From Octopus sinensis (Eukaryota): 64,000 bases of DNA. Within the stretch, counting starts at the first letter, position 1; every line of letters starts with the position of its first letter. Shown piece after piece: positions 25,799-39,213 of this stretch. The stretch is from NCBI RefSeq assembly GCF_006345805.1, contig NC_043004.1, positions 4,216,001-4,280,000 on the forward strand, written 5' to 3'. The notes beneath the pieces were generated by a model, which did no database searches, was not told where the DNA came from, and saw only the letters and a list, made by a program, of their open reading frames with translations. The translations under genes were made by a program, and so were the position numbers.

Positions 25799-28301
25799 AA
25801 GCAAATATGCAAATGAGAGGTATGATTACAAAATCTCTAATTTTTGAAGTGTTGTAAAATATTCTAAAATGTATTTATATACATATATAACAGAAGCAAT
25901 ACCTATTTAATACAAAGTTTTGACTAAAACCAGGATGCTTGCATTACCAATAACCACACTTCATGCATCTCCTTTGGCTTTGGCATCACTTCTAAATGTG
26001 TACTACACTGACTGTGTTCTGTGATTGACAGTCCTACAGCTGTACCTCAGTCATTAATACCTCTATAAAATTAATGAATAAAAGTGAGAACATCATTAAC
26101 TGCTGCCATTAAATACAGAGTATTCATAAAAAAAATATGTAAGCTACACAAAATGTAATATATAGTAAGCTATACTTTCAAGTACATAACAGCCAGTATT
26201 CAGATAATTTTTATGTACTACATACACAGCACCAAGCAAAAGCAGCAGACCATCAGTATGAATAGTTATTTATAGCAGCCTTTACAAGTACGGTCAGAAA
26301 TTGTTAAACCCCTACCATGTTTTACGAGAAAAAGTTTGAGCTGCGATTCCTTAACAGTACTACTGGGTAGACTTGCCTACACAACGTAATGTATACTCTT
26401 GTACAGAATGGCAGTTATGTAATTCAGAAAACCAAGAAACTTACCACGCCATCTTAACTACGTAAATCAGATTACAGTGCTAAGTCTTGCAGCAAATGGA
26501 CAGTTAAGAAACACGTTGCCAAAATCTGTTTTATATTTAGCAGTACTATATAAATGGTAACAATGTGACCCACATACATTAGTCTTAGCTAACAACTAGT
26601 CAATGAAGTTATAGTAAAGAAAATGTGTGAAAGGATTCCTATGAAAAAAATATATAAAAAGATGAAGCATAATAACAGTCTACTGAATGGGTACAATGCT
26701 AACAGTGTAGAGATACATAAGTGAGATAGAAAAATGCCATTGAGCAAAGTGAAGTTCCCCATAACCCCAAGAGAAAACGTGTATCTTAAGATGAAAATTA
26801 AGAGTTATCTCCAAGACATTGTTTGGTGTCACTTATAACTATTACCTAAGTTAAAGCTCAGGATGGTAAGTAGTACCAAACTCAATGCTATCGAACAACA
26901 AGCTTATCTACTAATATGACCTTGACCAAGTAAAAACAAAACAACTAGTAACGAAGATTATGTATGTGTATGTATATGTGTGTAATATATATACATACAT
27001 ACATACATACACACACATATTCATTCATACAATGTGCATATATGTATACATCGTCATCGTTTAACATTCATGTTCCATGTTAGCATGGGATACACAATTT
27101 GACAGGACCCAACAGGTTCAAAGACTGCATTAATAGGTCCTCAGCATTTTACAGAGGTTTTCCTTGCTGACATGGATTGCACAGGTAAACACAGTCCAAG
27201 ATACCTCTTATTCAAAGTTATTGTCCTCTTCATGGATTAGGAAACATACAAACCCTTCTTACCACCAACCACTTAACAGAGTCTACTGGATTCACTAATA
27301 TCACTGCCTTGTTTGTACCCGACACAATAAAAGGAGCCTTCACTGTTCTATATCGAATCTGTTCACACAGGTTAATGAGAGAGAGAGTATAGGTACATTT
27401 GTTTTTATATTCTTTTATTGGAAAGTGGTACACTGGTAATACTGGAGTACCTCTTTCAATTTTTATTTAAATCAACCTCAGTACTTATTTCAGTTTGATA
27501 TCTTATAGATCTCTAGGTGTCAAACCACAAACCATGAAGAGACACGGGCACCCATGTATATAATTCACATTTTCTGACACCCAAATTCTCCTCACAAGGT
27601 ATGACCCGAGATTATAGATTGAGACACTTGCTTGGAGTGCAATATAATGGGGTTGAACACAGAACTATATGGTTGAAAAACCCCCATACCTGTGTTTATA
27701 TATATATAAGAAAACATTAGTAAATTAAAGTGCTACTTGTTTTTTTTTTTATCAGAAATTAAATCCTTGAACTCTCTACTTTAAAACAATGTAACAGTTT
27801 ATTTTCCCCCCATTACACTATTTACAGTGATTATAAAAAAAGCATTTCTCAGGTAAAATAAAATCAAAGCACAATATGGCAGATCTTTTAGATTCGTGTT
27901 AGTAATTTGAAAAGGGACAGTATTCTCAGAAAGGGGAATGGATTTGAGAAGGGAATGAAGGAAACTAAGAAATAAAAATAAAAGACAAATTTAGACAAAG
28001 TATTGTCGATATAATTTAGACACATGGTAGTTCAATATAAATTCAAATCCTGCCTGCATTCTTCCAGGGTCACCCTCCTCCAAATGTAAGGGTCTGTTAG
28101 AAATCAATATAAATTAGGCATCAAATCATTGACGTACAGACCACTAAAAAGGAAGACAGAATACTAAGTAATTTGCAATAGACATATTAGAAGGCTAGCC
28201 TAAGGCTAAACATTTATAACTTCAGTACATTTCACATTCACACACACAAGCATATAGCTACACTATTTTATATCAAGGGGAATTATTTGTTAACAGGATA
28301 C

Positions 28302-29145
28302 AGTTTATTGGTTTTGTTATATTTCTATTTTAATATTCACCACCAGAGGACACATTACTTCTTGCTTAGCTTCAAGCACAGCAGTTAAATTACAACTTGA
28401 AAACTCATGAATATAAGTGGTGTTCATAATTATAAACATGGTTACAAATGAAAAAGAAAAACAAACAAAAAAAAGGCTACTACCCCATCCCATATTGATC
28501 AGTCATTTCAACAAAACAAAACTGTGCTGTATTTTGTAGTTTATTTCCAGAATGGTACAAGTTTTTGTGTTAGTTAACCTCACAAAAAAGTCAGAGGGAG
28601 ACGAGAGAAACTACCTGCATCAACTTACTATAAAAGCAGGTAGCAATTTTACCTTATTTTTATTCTTAGTCCAAACTTGGAAGAGTGCAATTCAATTTTA
28701 CTTCAATAATACAAACATGGACCAAGGAGGTTTCTAGGAAATATTTTAACCTATTAAAAATAGCAGGAATATGTACCTCAAATCCTTATCTATCTCAAAG
28801 GATACATTGAATGATGTAGTCCTTGGTATAAAAAAAAATAGAAAATCCAAGAAAACCAAGGACCTAGAGTTTATTGGTTTTGTTATATTTCTATTTTAAT
28901 ATTCACCACCAGAGGGCACATTACTTCTTGCTTAGCTTCAAGCACAGCAGTTAAATTACAACTTGAAAACTCATGAATATAAGTAGTGTTCATAATTATA
29001 AACATGGTAACTAATGAAAAAGAAAAACAAAAAAAAAAGGCTACTACCCCATCCTATATTGATCAGCCATTTCGACAAAACAAAACCGTGCTGTATTTTA
29101 TAGTTTATTTCCAGAATGCTACAAGTTTTTGTGTTAGTTAACCTC
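28302..29145. repeat. Local duplication with templated inserts (A-B-C-A')
   Basis: 28302-28581 is repeated at 28868-29145. The intervening sequence copies 24744-24858 and 24061-24234. Confidence 0.9.
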
Positions 29146-30405
29146 GCCGTTTTGTTTTGTTTTTTTTTAACTACAGTACTTTCTCATTTAACTACAGTAA
29201 ATTTCAATCAGTCTATTTATTTTCCAATAACTTGTCATGTCACACTTCAGAATCCCTGGGCAACAACAAGAACACAAAACCCACAGGGCAAACGTAGGTG
29301 GCATGGCAGATAAAAGCATTGAAACACCAGTGTTCGATAGTTACATAAAATCTGCTTCTTTATTTTGTTCGATACTCTTATAATATGGTTGCTGTTATAA
29401 TTATGTTCTTCCTGAATTGAGTAACAATCCACTAGCATACTGTCCATCCCTAATGAGTCAATTAAAACTAACAATATATAACAACACTTCACCATTAGCA
29501 AGGTTCATTTTCTCTCAACAACAAAAAGTCACAATTTACTTCATTCACTCATACAACATACCACATTTCTGAGTGTGTGCATGCTTTTCCCTACCTACTT
29601 GCAGTCCTCATACCAATACAACAGCCAACATTAAATTATATAGCCTAAACCCCACTAAGCATTTCCCTTAAATTAACAGGCGTAAAGATCAAACAAAATC
29701 TTATCCCAGTTGCAATTGTGATTTGAACCTTTCTCTGCCCAGGTCTAGAGTTATACTTATTTGGTCATTGAGGTCATATCTAATATTTAATCAAATTTCA
29801 GGTTAATCTGCACCAACACAAAATTTCCCAAGTCTCTTTCTTTCTTTTTCTTCCTACAGTAAGCCTCTGACTCATGGCCTGCACTAATCTGAAGCTAAAT
29901 AAAGTTCAAACACATTGACCTCCTACTAAAAATAATAAAACAAAAAAAAAAATAAAAAGGAAAAAAGACAGGGGGCCACATATGAATACTTAACTCAAAC
30001 TACTGTCCCTGTTAGGTCTTTTATATGACTTAGTAATAACAATAATAATATTAGAGGTTTGAGTGAGAGATAGAGAGAAACACACTCAACCAAAATAATA
30101 TGTTTTTAATGAAAACACAGACAGGCCTTCAGAAAGGAAAAGGGAAGATCTAACAACCATGCCTCTTTAAAGAGCATTAACAAGGCTCCATCTGAGGTTT
30201 TAGTCAATTGTATTGACTGCACTGCAGTACTGTCTTATACGTTCCTTTTAATTTTTTTTTTTTTTTACCAACCCTCTAAGATGAAGTGGCAAAAAAAACT
30301 AGCCTGTGCATAAAGGATGTAATCAATAGGGAACTAGATATCGCAATATATTTTTATTTGAAACATTGATGTTGCCATTCAAAAAGAAAAAATGTACATC
30401 CACTA

Positions 30406-31210
30406 TACAGCAAAAAGTTCCAGGACAAGTTATGTTCAATAAAAAATAACTTATTTACCTAAGTTTTAACTTCATCTCCTTCGAAATAGTCACCTTGCAC
30501 AGCAATACACCAGTGCCAGCCTTCCTGCCACTTTTGGAATCTGGCCTGGAAGTCGTTTTCCATAAGCTAGTCAAGGATCTTCTGCAATTCACTCTGGATC
30601 TCAACAACAGTGTTAAAATGGCAACCTTTGAGCTGTCTTTTCATCTTGGGGAAGAGATGGAAGTCTGCAGGTGCCAAATCTGATGAATAGGGCAGGTGCA
30701 GAAGCAATATGTTTTTGGCAAGAAGCTCACAAGAGAGGAGAGCTCAGTGACAGGATGCATTGTTGTTGCGAAGAACTGGATTCTTCATGCTCCACAGATC
30801 TAGTTACTTTCGCTGAATGTCCTCCCTCAAATGCGTCAAAATATCACAATAGAACTTTCAGTTGACAGTTTAGCCCTGGGGAGGAATTCTCGATACACAA
30901 TGCCACGGATGATAAAAAAACAATGAGCATTCTCTTGAGATGCGACTGCCGTGCGCCTGTGCCACATGAAACATTGGCAAGCTTATAGTGATGAGGTAAT
31001 GGGTTGTATGCAAAGCATAGCCAATACAAACTACAGCATATATATGATCACAAAAATATAAATTTCACAACTTGTGAAGTAAACACAGCAATGTTACTTA
31101 GCACACTGTCTCATGAAGGGCACTGCTAGCTCTCACTGTGCATGCAACCGTGTGCTGCCATCTGTTGGCGCACTATAAAACTAGTCCAGGAACTTTTTGA
31201 TACCACCTCG
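30406..31210 (-). mobile_element. Internally deleted mariner element, copy 1
   Basis: TIR ggaactttttgataccacctcg|TA at one end and a decayed TIR at the other. The minus strand encodes DLAPADFHLFPKMKRQLKGCHF. Confidence 0.85.
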
Positions 31211-32021
31211 TACATATATTTATGCACACACCCAAATACATATATAATTTTATGCCTGTTTTTCTACGTTAGCACAATTTGAATGAATACGTATTGAAGC
31301 ATTACTTTACAGCCAGATGCTATCAGCATTGCCTGCTTTTCAATTTGTGAAGTATCTTTTCACTTTCTCACCTGCAGATGAGCAGAGCTACAAAATAATC
31401 TATTTGCAGGGAAAATTAATCAAAAGCTTTTTTTTTTTTTTTTTTAATGAACACTTTCATGCAAGGACATGAAATGTAAATGTTCACACAAATACACACA
31501 CAGACATCAGGTTTCCATAAAATGTCTGACTACAAATTCTATTCACAAGGCACTGCAGAAGAAACATACTCAAGACGCCATGCAGTGAGAGAGAACTCAA
31601 GACCATATGGTCACAAAGCAAACTCTGTATCCATACAGCTATGTACATACATTTGTTATATGTGAAAATAGCACTGCCATCACTCACATGTGGGTATGAC
31701 TTACTTGGTAATCAGAACTAAGCTTTTGATAATTGCTTACATGCTTGTGTAGTCACAAGATGTAGACACACTTGACCTAGCAGAATATCAAGAATGTAAA
31801 TAACTGGAGAAAGGGAGAGCTGCACCAATAGTCAGTTGGTACTCGTTTTCAATTGGGTCGTCTGAAGCATCATGAAATAAAGTACCTTGCTCAAGGTTAC
31901 AAAGTGTTATCCAACAATGCTTGTATGGGCTAGACAAATACTTACTGAGGCATGTTACAACCAGATGCCCTGGTCAAACCATCCAACCCATGCCAGCATG
32001 GACAACGGATGTTAAATGATA

Positions 32022-32055
<34 letters not shown>

Positions 32056-32247
32056 CATACACACACATACATATATCTGTGTGTGTGTGTGTGCATATAT
32101 ATATATATATGTATATAAAACTACAGTTTACCTTTTTAAATTACCTGCTGCTGTATGCCAAGGACCATACTTACTGAGGTAATTACCAGGAGTGCCTCTG
32201 GATACTTATCCCTTAGAGGGCTTAACCCTCTAACATATACCTTATAT

Positions 32248-32296
<49 letters not shown>

Positions 32297-33058
32297 CAAG
32301 CCTTTCCTAGTTTCTGTGTATTGAATTTCACCCGAAAGACTTTAGTTGTCCTGGGGCAATGAAAGAAGGCACTTGGCCCTAGAAGCTATGTAATGGGGTC
32401 TACCCTGTGGTCACATATTTACCACACAGGCATTGCCTGTGCCCATTATTCATACCTTTTCTTTTTCAGTAAAACAAAAAGGTGCAATTTCAAATACTTA
32501 TGAAAATAAACAAAGACAAATGTCATTGTCCCTCGGAAAATCAACCTATTCTAAAACATGTAACAAGTTGAACAAGTTTATTAGTCATAGATAGGCAACT
32601 CTCCACTCTCACAGTTGCAACTTCATAAAAAGGCAGTATGAATACTTGTGGTTAAAAAAGCAGACCTGAGAAAATGGTGATGGGGTGATAGTACAAGCTG
32701 CCTTTTTAAACAGCAATAGGTTAGTGGGTCTGTTTCAGTTAGGAGCACAGTTTTTTTTTTTCTTTCATAGTTGCTATGACCTCAATGCACAACAGTGACA
32801 GATCAATCATGTAAATATGCTACACCCATTGATCAGCTGGTAATTGTCAATAATTTCACAATTGTTGTGTCTACAGGCTGTACACAAACACAATCATTTA
32901 CAATTTTAATATCTTCTTAAACCAGGTCAACCCTACTCATGTATTCGAGCAAATGTTATGGCACAAAGATATCTTCATCAAATGAAACTTTCTAAATATG
33001 CCCATCCCAACTCCCTCATCCCATCCATTCTTTTTGCTAGTACTTGTTGCCTTAATAT

Positions 33059-33278
33059 TTAACCCTTTAGTATTCAGATTCCTGTCAAATGTAATATTTA
33101 CTCACATTGATATGAATTAGTCATGCATTACCTTGTAACTGAGAATTGAATGACGTGATTGTTTATTTTTAGCATAGTATTGTAGAGTAAGTGTGAGAGG
33201 TTAGATCTGGCCAGTTAGAAAATAAAACAGGTAAATTATTTTGGCCGGATATGGCCAGTTTAAATGCTATCAGGTTAA
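33059..33278. mobile_element. piggyBac-type MITE (third copy)
   Basis: ttaaccctttagtattcag ... gctatcaggttaa, collinear with 9514-9741. Confidence 0.7.
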
Positions 33279-33645
33279 GGAATTAAGATATGTGATGCCC
33301 TTTTAAAAGGCAGTTCGAGAGATTTGCCTACTACGACCACTGTGTTCATTACAATTTAATTTTTATGATAAGACAACAAATTAGCAAATCCACAGAAAAA
33401 TATATTTGAAATATAAATTACAGAAACATGGATTTTAATTAGTAGCAGTACACTGCGGTAGTTGCCAACATAGTAACTAAAGGGATACAGATACATGTTT
33501 GGTAGAAATTCACAGAGCCCAGAAAGGAATCAATAAAACACAAACAACCTCTGTGTGTTGCCAAGTTAGAAATATAATTTAGCAAAGAAAGAAAATCTAA
33601 TAAAATCAATTATACACACCCATGTATATATATGTATTGCACATA

Positions 33646-33990
33646 GGTGTATGCATGGGCAAGTGGTTAAGAAGTTAACTTTGCAACCACATGATTTGAG
33701 GTTCAATCCTACTTTACAACACCTTAGCAAAGTGTCTTCCAGTGGCTTGTGAATGAATTTGCCAGAAGAAAACTGCATAGAAACCTGTTGTGTGTGTGTA
33801 CGTTCCCCATCATTGCTTGACAAACAGTGCTGGTTTGTTTATGTCTGTAACTTAGTGATTCAGTAAAAGAGACCAATAGAGTAAGTATCAGACTTTAAAA
33901 ATTTTGTCGATTTGTTCAACAAAATGGTCAAGGCAGTATCCCAGTATGGTTGCAATGCAATGACTGAAACAAGTAAAAGATAAAAGAGAA
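33646..33990 (+). mobile_element. Family A SINE (CpG-decayed)
   Basis: Head, body and aagtaaaaga tail are present, and the CpGs of the consensus are replaced by TG/CA. Confidence 0.8.
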
Positions 33991-34619
33991 AAGCTGGTGG
34001 TAAAAATGACATCATAAAAGATAGTTTCAAACGAATACACAATCTTCTGTCAGCCTTCATTTAAGGGACATACAACACATCTTAAAGAATATTATGTACT
34101 TTATTTTTACCTTTGAAAAGTTAGTAGCTATCTATACCTGTATTTCTTTAATCAGAAAGATGAATGAACAGTACAGGGTTGCTTATTGTTCAAAATGAAT
34201 TGCTACGATGGGTATACATTTAATATACATTAAATATATAGAGAAATTCAAAATTCTTAACATTTAATATAAAACCAGCTAACAAGCAAGGTTAGTTGAG
34301 CTTCTTAAATGCACCCCACTGCATTCATTAATCTCCTTTCACCAGTTTATAGCTACAGCTCAGTAATTACCATATAGCTGGTCACAAGCCCTGTAGCTTG
34401 TACTTTCAGCCCCAAAACCTCCAAGAAATTGAACTTGCTATATGTGGACAACTGAACAGGATTACTGCTATTTTGTACCATATTTAGGACAATGAATATT
34501 CGCTCATCTTCTGGTAATGATACTTTTCTAAAATATATAGAAGATATATCAAAAGGTATTCACCACAAAATAGCAAAGAGATTATTAAAAATATACACAG
34601 GCATAATTGTAACAAAATA

Positions 34620-35480
34620 CAAGGTGGTATCAAAAGGTTCCAGGCCTAGTTATGTTTAATAAAAAATAACTTAGTTACCTAAGTTTTAACATCGCCTTCA
34701 AAATAGTCACCTTGCACAGCAATACAAGTCCAAGCATTCCTGCACTTTTGGAATCTGGCCTGGAAGGCGTTTTCCATAAGCAAATCAAAGACCTTCCATA
34801 ATTCATTCTGGATCTCTACAACGATGTTAAAATGGCAACCTTTGAGCAGCTTGTTCATCTTGGGGAAGAGATGGAAATCTGCAGGTGGTAAATCTGGTGA
34901 ATAAGGTAGGTGTGGAAGCGATAACGTGTTTTTGGCGAGAAACTTCGAAGTGAGGGGAGCTCAGTGACAGGGTGCATTGTCACCATGAAGAATCCAGTTC
35001 GCATTCCACAGATCCGGTTGCTTTTACCGAATGTCCTCCCTCAAATACTTCAAAACATCACAGTAGAACTTCCAATTGATGGTCTGGCCCTGGGGGACGA
35101 ATTCTCAATGCACAATACCACATTTTCAGGGGTGACACTCATTGCAGGTCTTCCAAGGATGTTCTTCCACTTTTCAAGTGCCCATGCCACTCGAAACATT
35201 GAATACAACCGATTGTCTTATTGCCATAAGCTTGCCACAGCATGCTCAATACCTCTGTAGCAGACTTCCCAAGTTTAACACAAGATTTCACATTGGCTCT
35301 TTGTTCCTGTCCATGACAATATCGCAGACTAGAGGATGCACGTGAACACAAAAACAAATTTAACAACTTGCAAAGTAAACACAATGATGTCACTGCTAGC
35401 TCTCACTGCACACACAACCTTGTGCTGCCATCTGTTGGCACACTACAGAAGTAGGTCGGGAACCTTATGATGCTACCTCA
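34620..35480 (-). mobile_element. Internally deleted mariner element, copy 2
   Basis: TA|caaggtggtatcaaaaggttcc ... ggaaccttatgatgctacctca|TA. The minus strand encodes the N-terminal HTH region (NVKSCVKLGKSATEVLSML...FEWHGHLKSGRTSLED) and PYSPDLPPADFHLFPKM. Confidence 0.9.
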
Positions 35481-36604
35481 TAGAAAATGAAAATTTTATA
35501 TCATTTAAGTGCTAAAAGGACTTCTGAATTACTACATATATTTGTATGTGTATACATGCACACACACATCCATTTAGTCATGCTAGTATGGACTAGACAA
35601 ATACTTATTGATGCATTATGTTACAACCTTCCTGGTGATGACGAGTGAGTGCGTTTTGCAAGATTCATGTCAAATCATGAACTGAAACATTATTGAACTG
35701 ACACCTGTCTCTGTTTCACTATAACCTTTCATCATCTGACAAGATCACCTCCTTCAATGCTCCCATCCCAACTGTCAGTGCAAATGCCACTTAAAAGCAC
35801 CCAGTCCACACTGTAAAGTGGTTGGTGTTCAGAAGAGTACCCAGCTGTAAAAAGCACTAAGTCTACTCTGCTGAGTGATTGGTGTTAGGAAAGGCATCCA
35901 GCTGTAAAAATCCTACCAAAACAGTCACAGGAATCTGGTGCAGGCTTCTGCCTGGCCAGCTCTCATAAAACTGTCTCACCCATGCTAGTATGGAAGAAGC
36001 ACATTAAACGATGATGATGGTAGTTATAGTTCACTTTCTTAATAATTATGAGCTGTATACAACTATAGCCTTCTCAATGACTACCTACAACTAGTTCCCT
36101 TCTCTCTTTATGCTTAGTATTGATACATATTTTTTGTGTGTGCATTTGTATATAGGGTGTAGTTTATAGCAGGAATTAGGTATCCGTGTCTGCAAGTGTA
36201 AAAACAAAATAAAAAACATTCATTTATCACCATATATAGACACAGCACCAACACCCCATTTACAGAACTACATATACAAATATTTAAATATGTCCACTCT
36301 GCTGGGTGGTTGATCTTAGGAAGGGCATCCAGCCGTGAAAATCATGCCAAAACAGACACAGAAATCTGGTGCAGGCTCCTGCCTGGCCAGCTCCAGTCCA
36401 ACCATCCAACCTATGCCAGCATGGAAGGCAGACATTAAATGATGATGATGATGATATAAATACCAGACATACACAAAAAAGGAAGAAAGCCATTTGTGAG
36501 TTAAACCATTAACTAATTAATAAAGTAAACTACAAGTATTTGTTTCTTATAGACAAAATGATCTTTCATATATATATTATATATAGACCAGTGAGAACAG
36601 TCAA

Positions 36605-37155
36605 AATCAAAATCAAACCAAATCAATTCATATATCAGAAAGCAGAACCAAATTGAGGTCGATCAACATCAGTGGGAATTGCAGCTGTGGTTAAGCGAAC
36701 CATCCGATCGTGGTCATTGCTGGCGCCGCCCCGTCTAGCCTCCGTGTCGGTGGCACATAAAAGCACCATCCGTTCGTGTTCGTTGCCAGCCTCGCCTGGC
36801 CCCCGTGCCGGTGACACGTAAAAGCACCATCCGTTCATGGCCGTTTGCCAGCTCTGTCTGGCCCCCGTGTTGGTGGCACGTAAAAGCACCATCCGTTCGT
36901 GTCCGTTGCCAGCCTCGCCTGGCCCCCGTGACGGTGACACGTAAAAGCACCATCCGTTCATGGCCGTTTGCCAGCTCTGTCTGGCACGTAAAAGCACCCA
37001 CTACACTCACGGAGTGGTTGTGGTGTTAGGAAGGGCATCCAGCCGTAGAAACACTGCCAGATCTGACTGGGCCTGATGAAGCCTTCCAGCTTCACAGACC
37101 CCCAGTTGAACCGTCCAACCCATGCTAGCATGGAAAACGGACGCTAAATGATGAT
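36605..37155 (+). mobile_element. Near full-length family C element with an internal minisatellite
   Basis: aaatcaaaatc start, about four and a half ~60-bp internal units, and a ggaaaacggacgctaaatgatgat end. CpGs are largely intact. Confidence 0.85.
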
Positions 37156-37657
37156 ATATATATATATAACACACAATTTTGTGTGTGTGCATCTGGTGAT
37201 GAGAACTCAGTTGATCGATTAAATGAGTAACCTTCCCCTGAATTATTAACATCTAAGTGGCTGAGCAAGCCAGCTGGCCATTTGTAGCCTCAATGTAATA
37301 CTGAGGCAGAATCAGCTTCACAGTATGTAACAGGGTTGCACTTTTTCTTTTAATTAGACGATATACAATCCATCAAATAAGCTTCTATATAGTTTTTATC
37401 AATTCAGTTTAACTCACAAACTAAAAGTTAAGCTGAGGATAAGAAAAGGATAATCCAAAAATGATAGTAAACTTGTGTGCAGGACCCTGTAGTTGTAAAG
37501 TGAATGCAACCATTTGGCCATACAGTACCTACAAATATATATATATATATATATACACACATTATCATCTTTTCATGTCTGTCTTCCATGCTGGCAAGCC
37601 AGAGGACTGCACCAAGCTTCATTGTCTACCTTGGCATGATATATATATATATAATTT

Positions 37658-37845
37658 AATAACCAATGTTTTTATGTGCTACTATTAGTTTTGTGTTCAG
37701 AACATGCCAAACAATGTTTTATAACACATCTGGTGTCCCAGCACAATCATCAGACCATGCCTGAGACACCAGATGTGTTATAAACCATTGTTTAGCATGT
37801 TCTCAGCACATGAAACTAATAGTAGCACATAAAAACCTGTTTATT
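37658..37845. repeat. Fold-back palindrome (about 85-bp arms, 19-nt spacer) with split hammerhead motifs
   Basis: 37658-37741 is the approximate reverse complement of 37761-37845. Confidence 0.9.
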
Positions 37846-38822
37846 GAATAATGTTTATCTTCCACTAGATGGGATACTTTTTTTTTGTTGATCTTACCAT
37901 ATATTCTTCCCACTCTCTTCTGTTCTTTTCTCCTTTTAATCCTAATTTCTCTCTACATTTATATTCTCCACTCCTACTGGGCTCTCTACACATTCTGATT
38001 GAATCTTCCATGTGTAAACACGTACCTCCTTGCAATAATGTAAACTTTCATTTAATCAAGATATCTTTGGCTTAAAGCATAGCCTGTGATATACACCTCC
38101 CTTGGATATTTACCACTTCCAAGGTTCCACTCACTATGAAACATATGTAGCTTGGATCTTATGTACTTCATTCCTTAACTCTTGTATATCATCATCGTTT
38201 TGGTAGGACGGTTGATAGGAGCCAGCCAGGTAGAAAAACTACCCTAGGCTACTGTGTCTGTTTTGGTTGAGATTTTTACAGTTGGATGCCCTTCCTAAAC
38301 CAACTATTCCACAGAGTAGACTCTCCCTCTCTTATCTCCCTATGTGACCGGTGTTCAACCAAGCCTGATCTTTCTTGGTTCGGCCATTGTCCATGTAACA
38401 TCTATATTCCTCCCTGTGCCCGTGAAATCCTGTATCCCTGCCATAAGGCTTTATTTCCACACACGCCAGCTTAATTTAATTCATCCTTAGTCGAAAGGCA
38501 CCTGTTGTTATGTCCTGTTATTTGTATTTGTGTAACAGTCTCAGTTTTTTTTTTTTCCGTCCTTGTTTTCATATACATTCGCTGCTTTCTTCCAAGGAAT
38601 CTAATGCTCTTAGCTTAGTTCTTCTTGGGGCTGGCCAGATTGGAGCAATCTCAAGTATAACCAGCCAAAATTGCAAAGAGAATCTGGAACTCGACTGAGG
38701 AAAGAAAACTCCAAATGATCCGTCCTCGTTTTCTTTGTATCGTCTATCTGGATGTTTCTTTGTCCCATTTTTGTATCACCTAACTGTCTGGATGTTGTGC
38801 GTTCTTGTCCCATTTTGTATTT

Positions 38823-38856
<34 letters not shown>

Positions 38857-38862
38857 GGAACA

Positions 38863-39213
38863 GGCATGATTGCATGTTTCAGAAGCTCACTTTGCAACCA
38901 TAAGGTTTCAGTTTCACTTTGCAGCACATTAGGCAAGTGTCTACTATAACCCTAGGCTGACCAATGCCTTCTGAGTGAATCTGGTAGATGGAAACTGTGT
39001 GAAGCCCGTGTGTCTTTGTATTTATGCCCCCTTCAACTTGACATCCGGTAACTGGTATTGGTTTGTTTACACTCCCATAACTTAGATGTTCGGCAAAAGC
39101 GACCGACAGAATAAGTCCCAAACTTATGTACTGAAGTCGATTTCATTACCCAAAACCTTTCAATGCTATGTCCCAGCATGGCCGCAGTCCAACTGACTGA
39201 AACAGGATAAAAA
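38863..39213 (+). mobile_element. Family A SINE
   Basis: Head, body (gttcggcaaaagcgaccgacag) and tail are collinear with 48548-48970. Confidence 0.8.

Noticed and set aside
27263-27358. 96-nt minus-strand exon candidate (IRYRTVKAPFIVSGTNKAVILVNPVDSVKWLV)
   Set aside because: It is open only in phase 0, which is incompatible with the phase-2 nudE intron. The acceptor is weak and the peptide is unrecognised.
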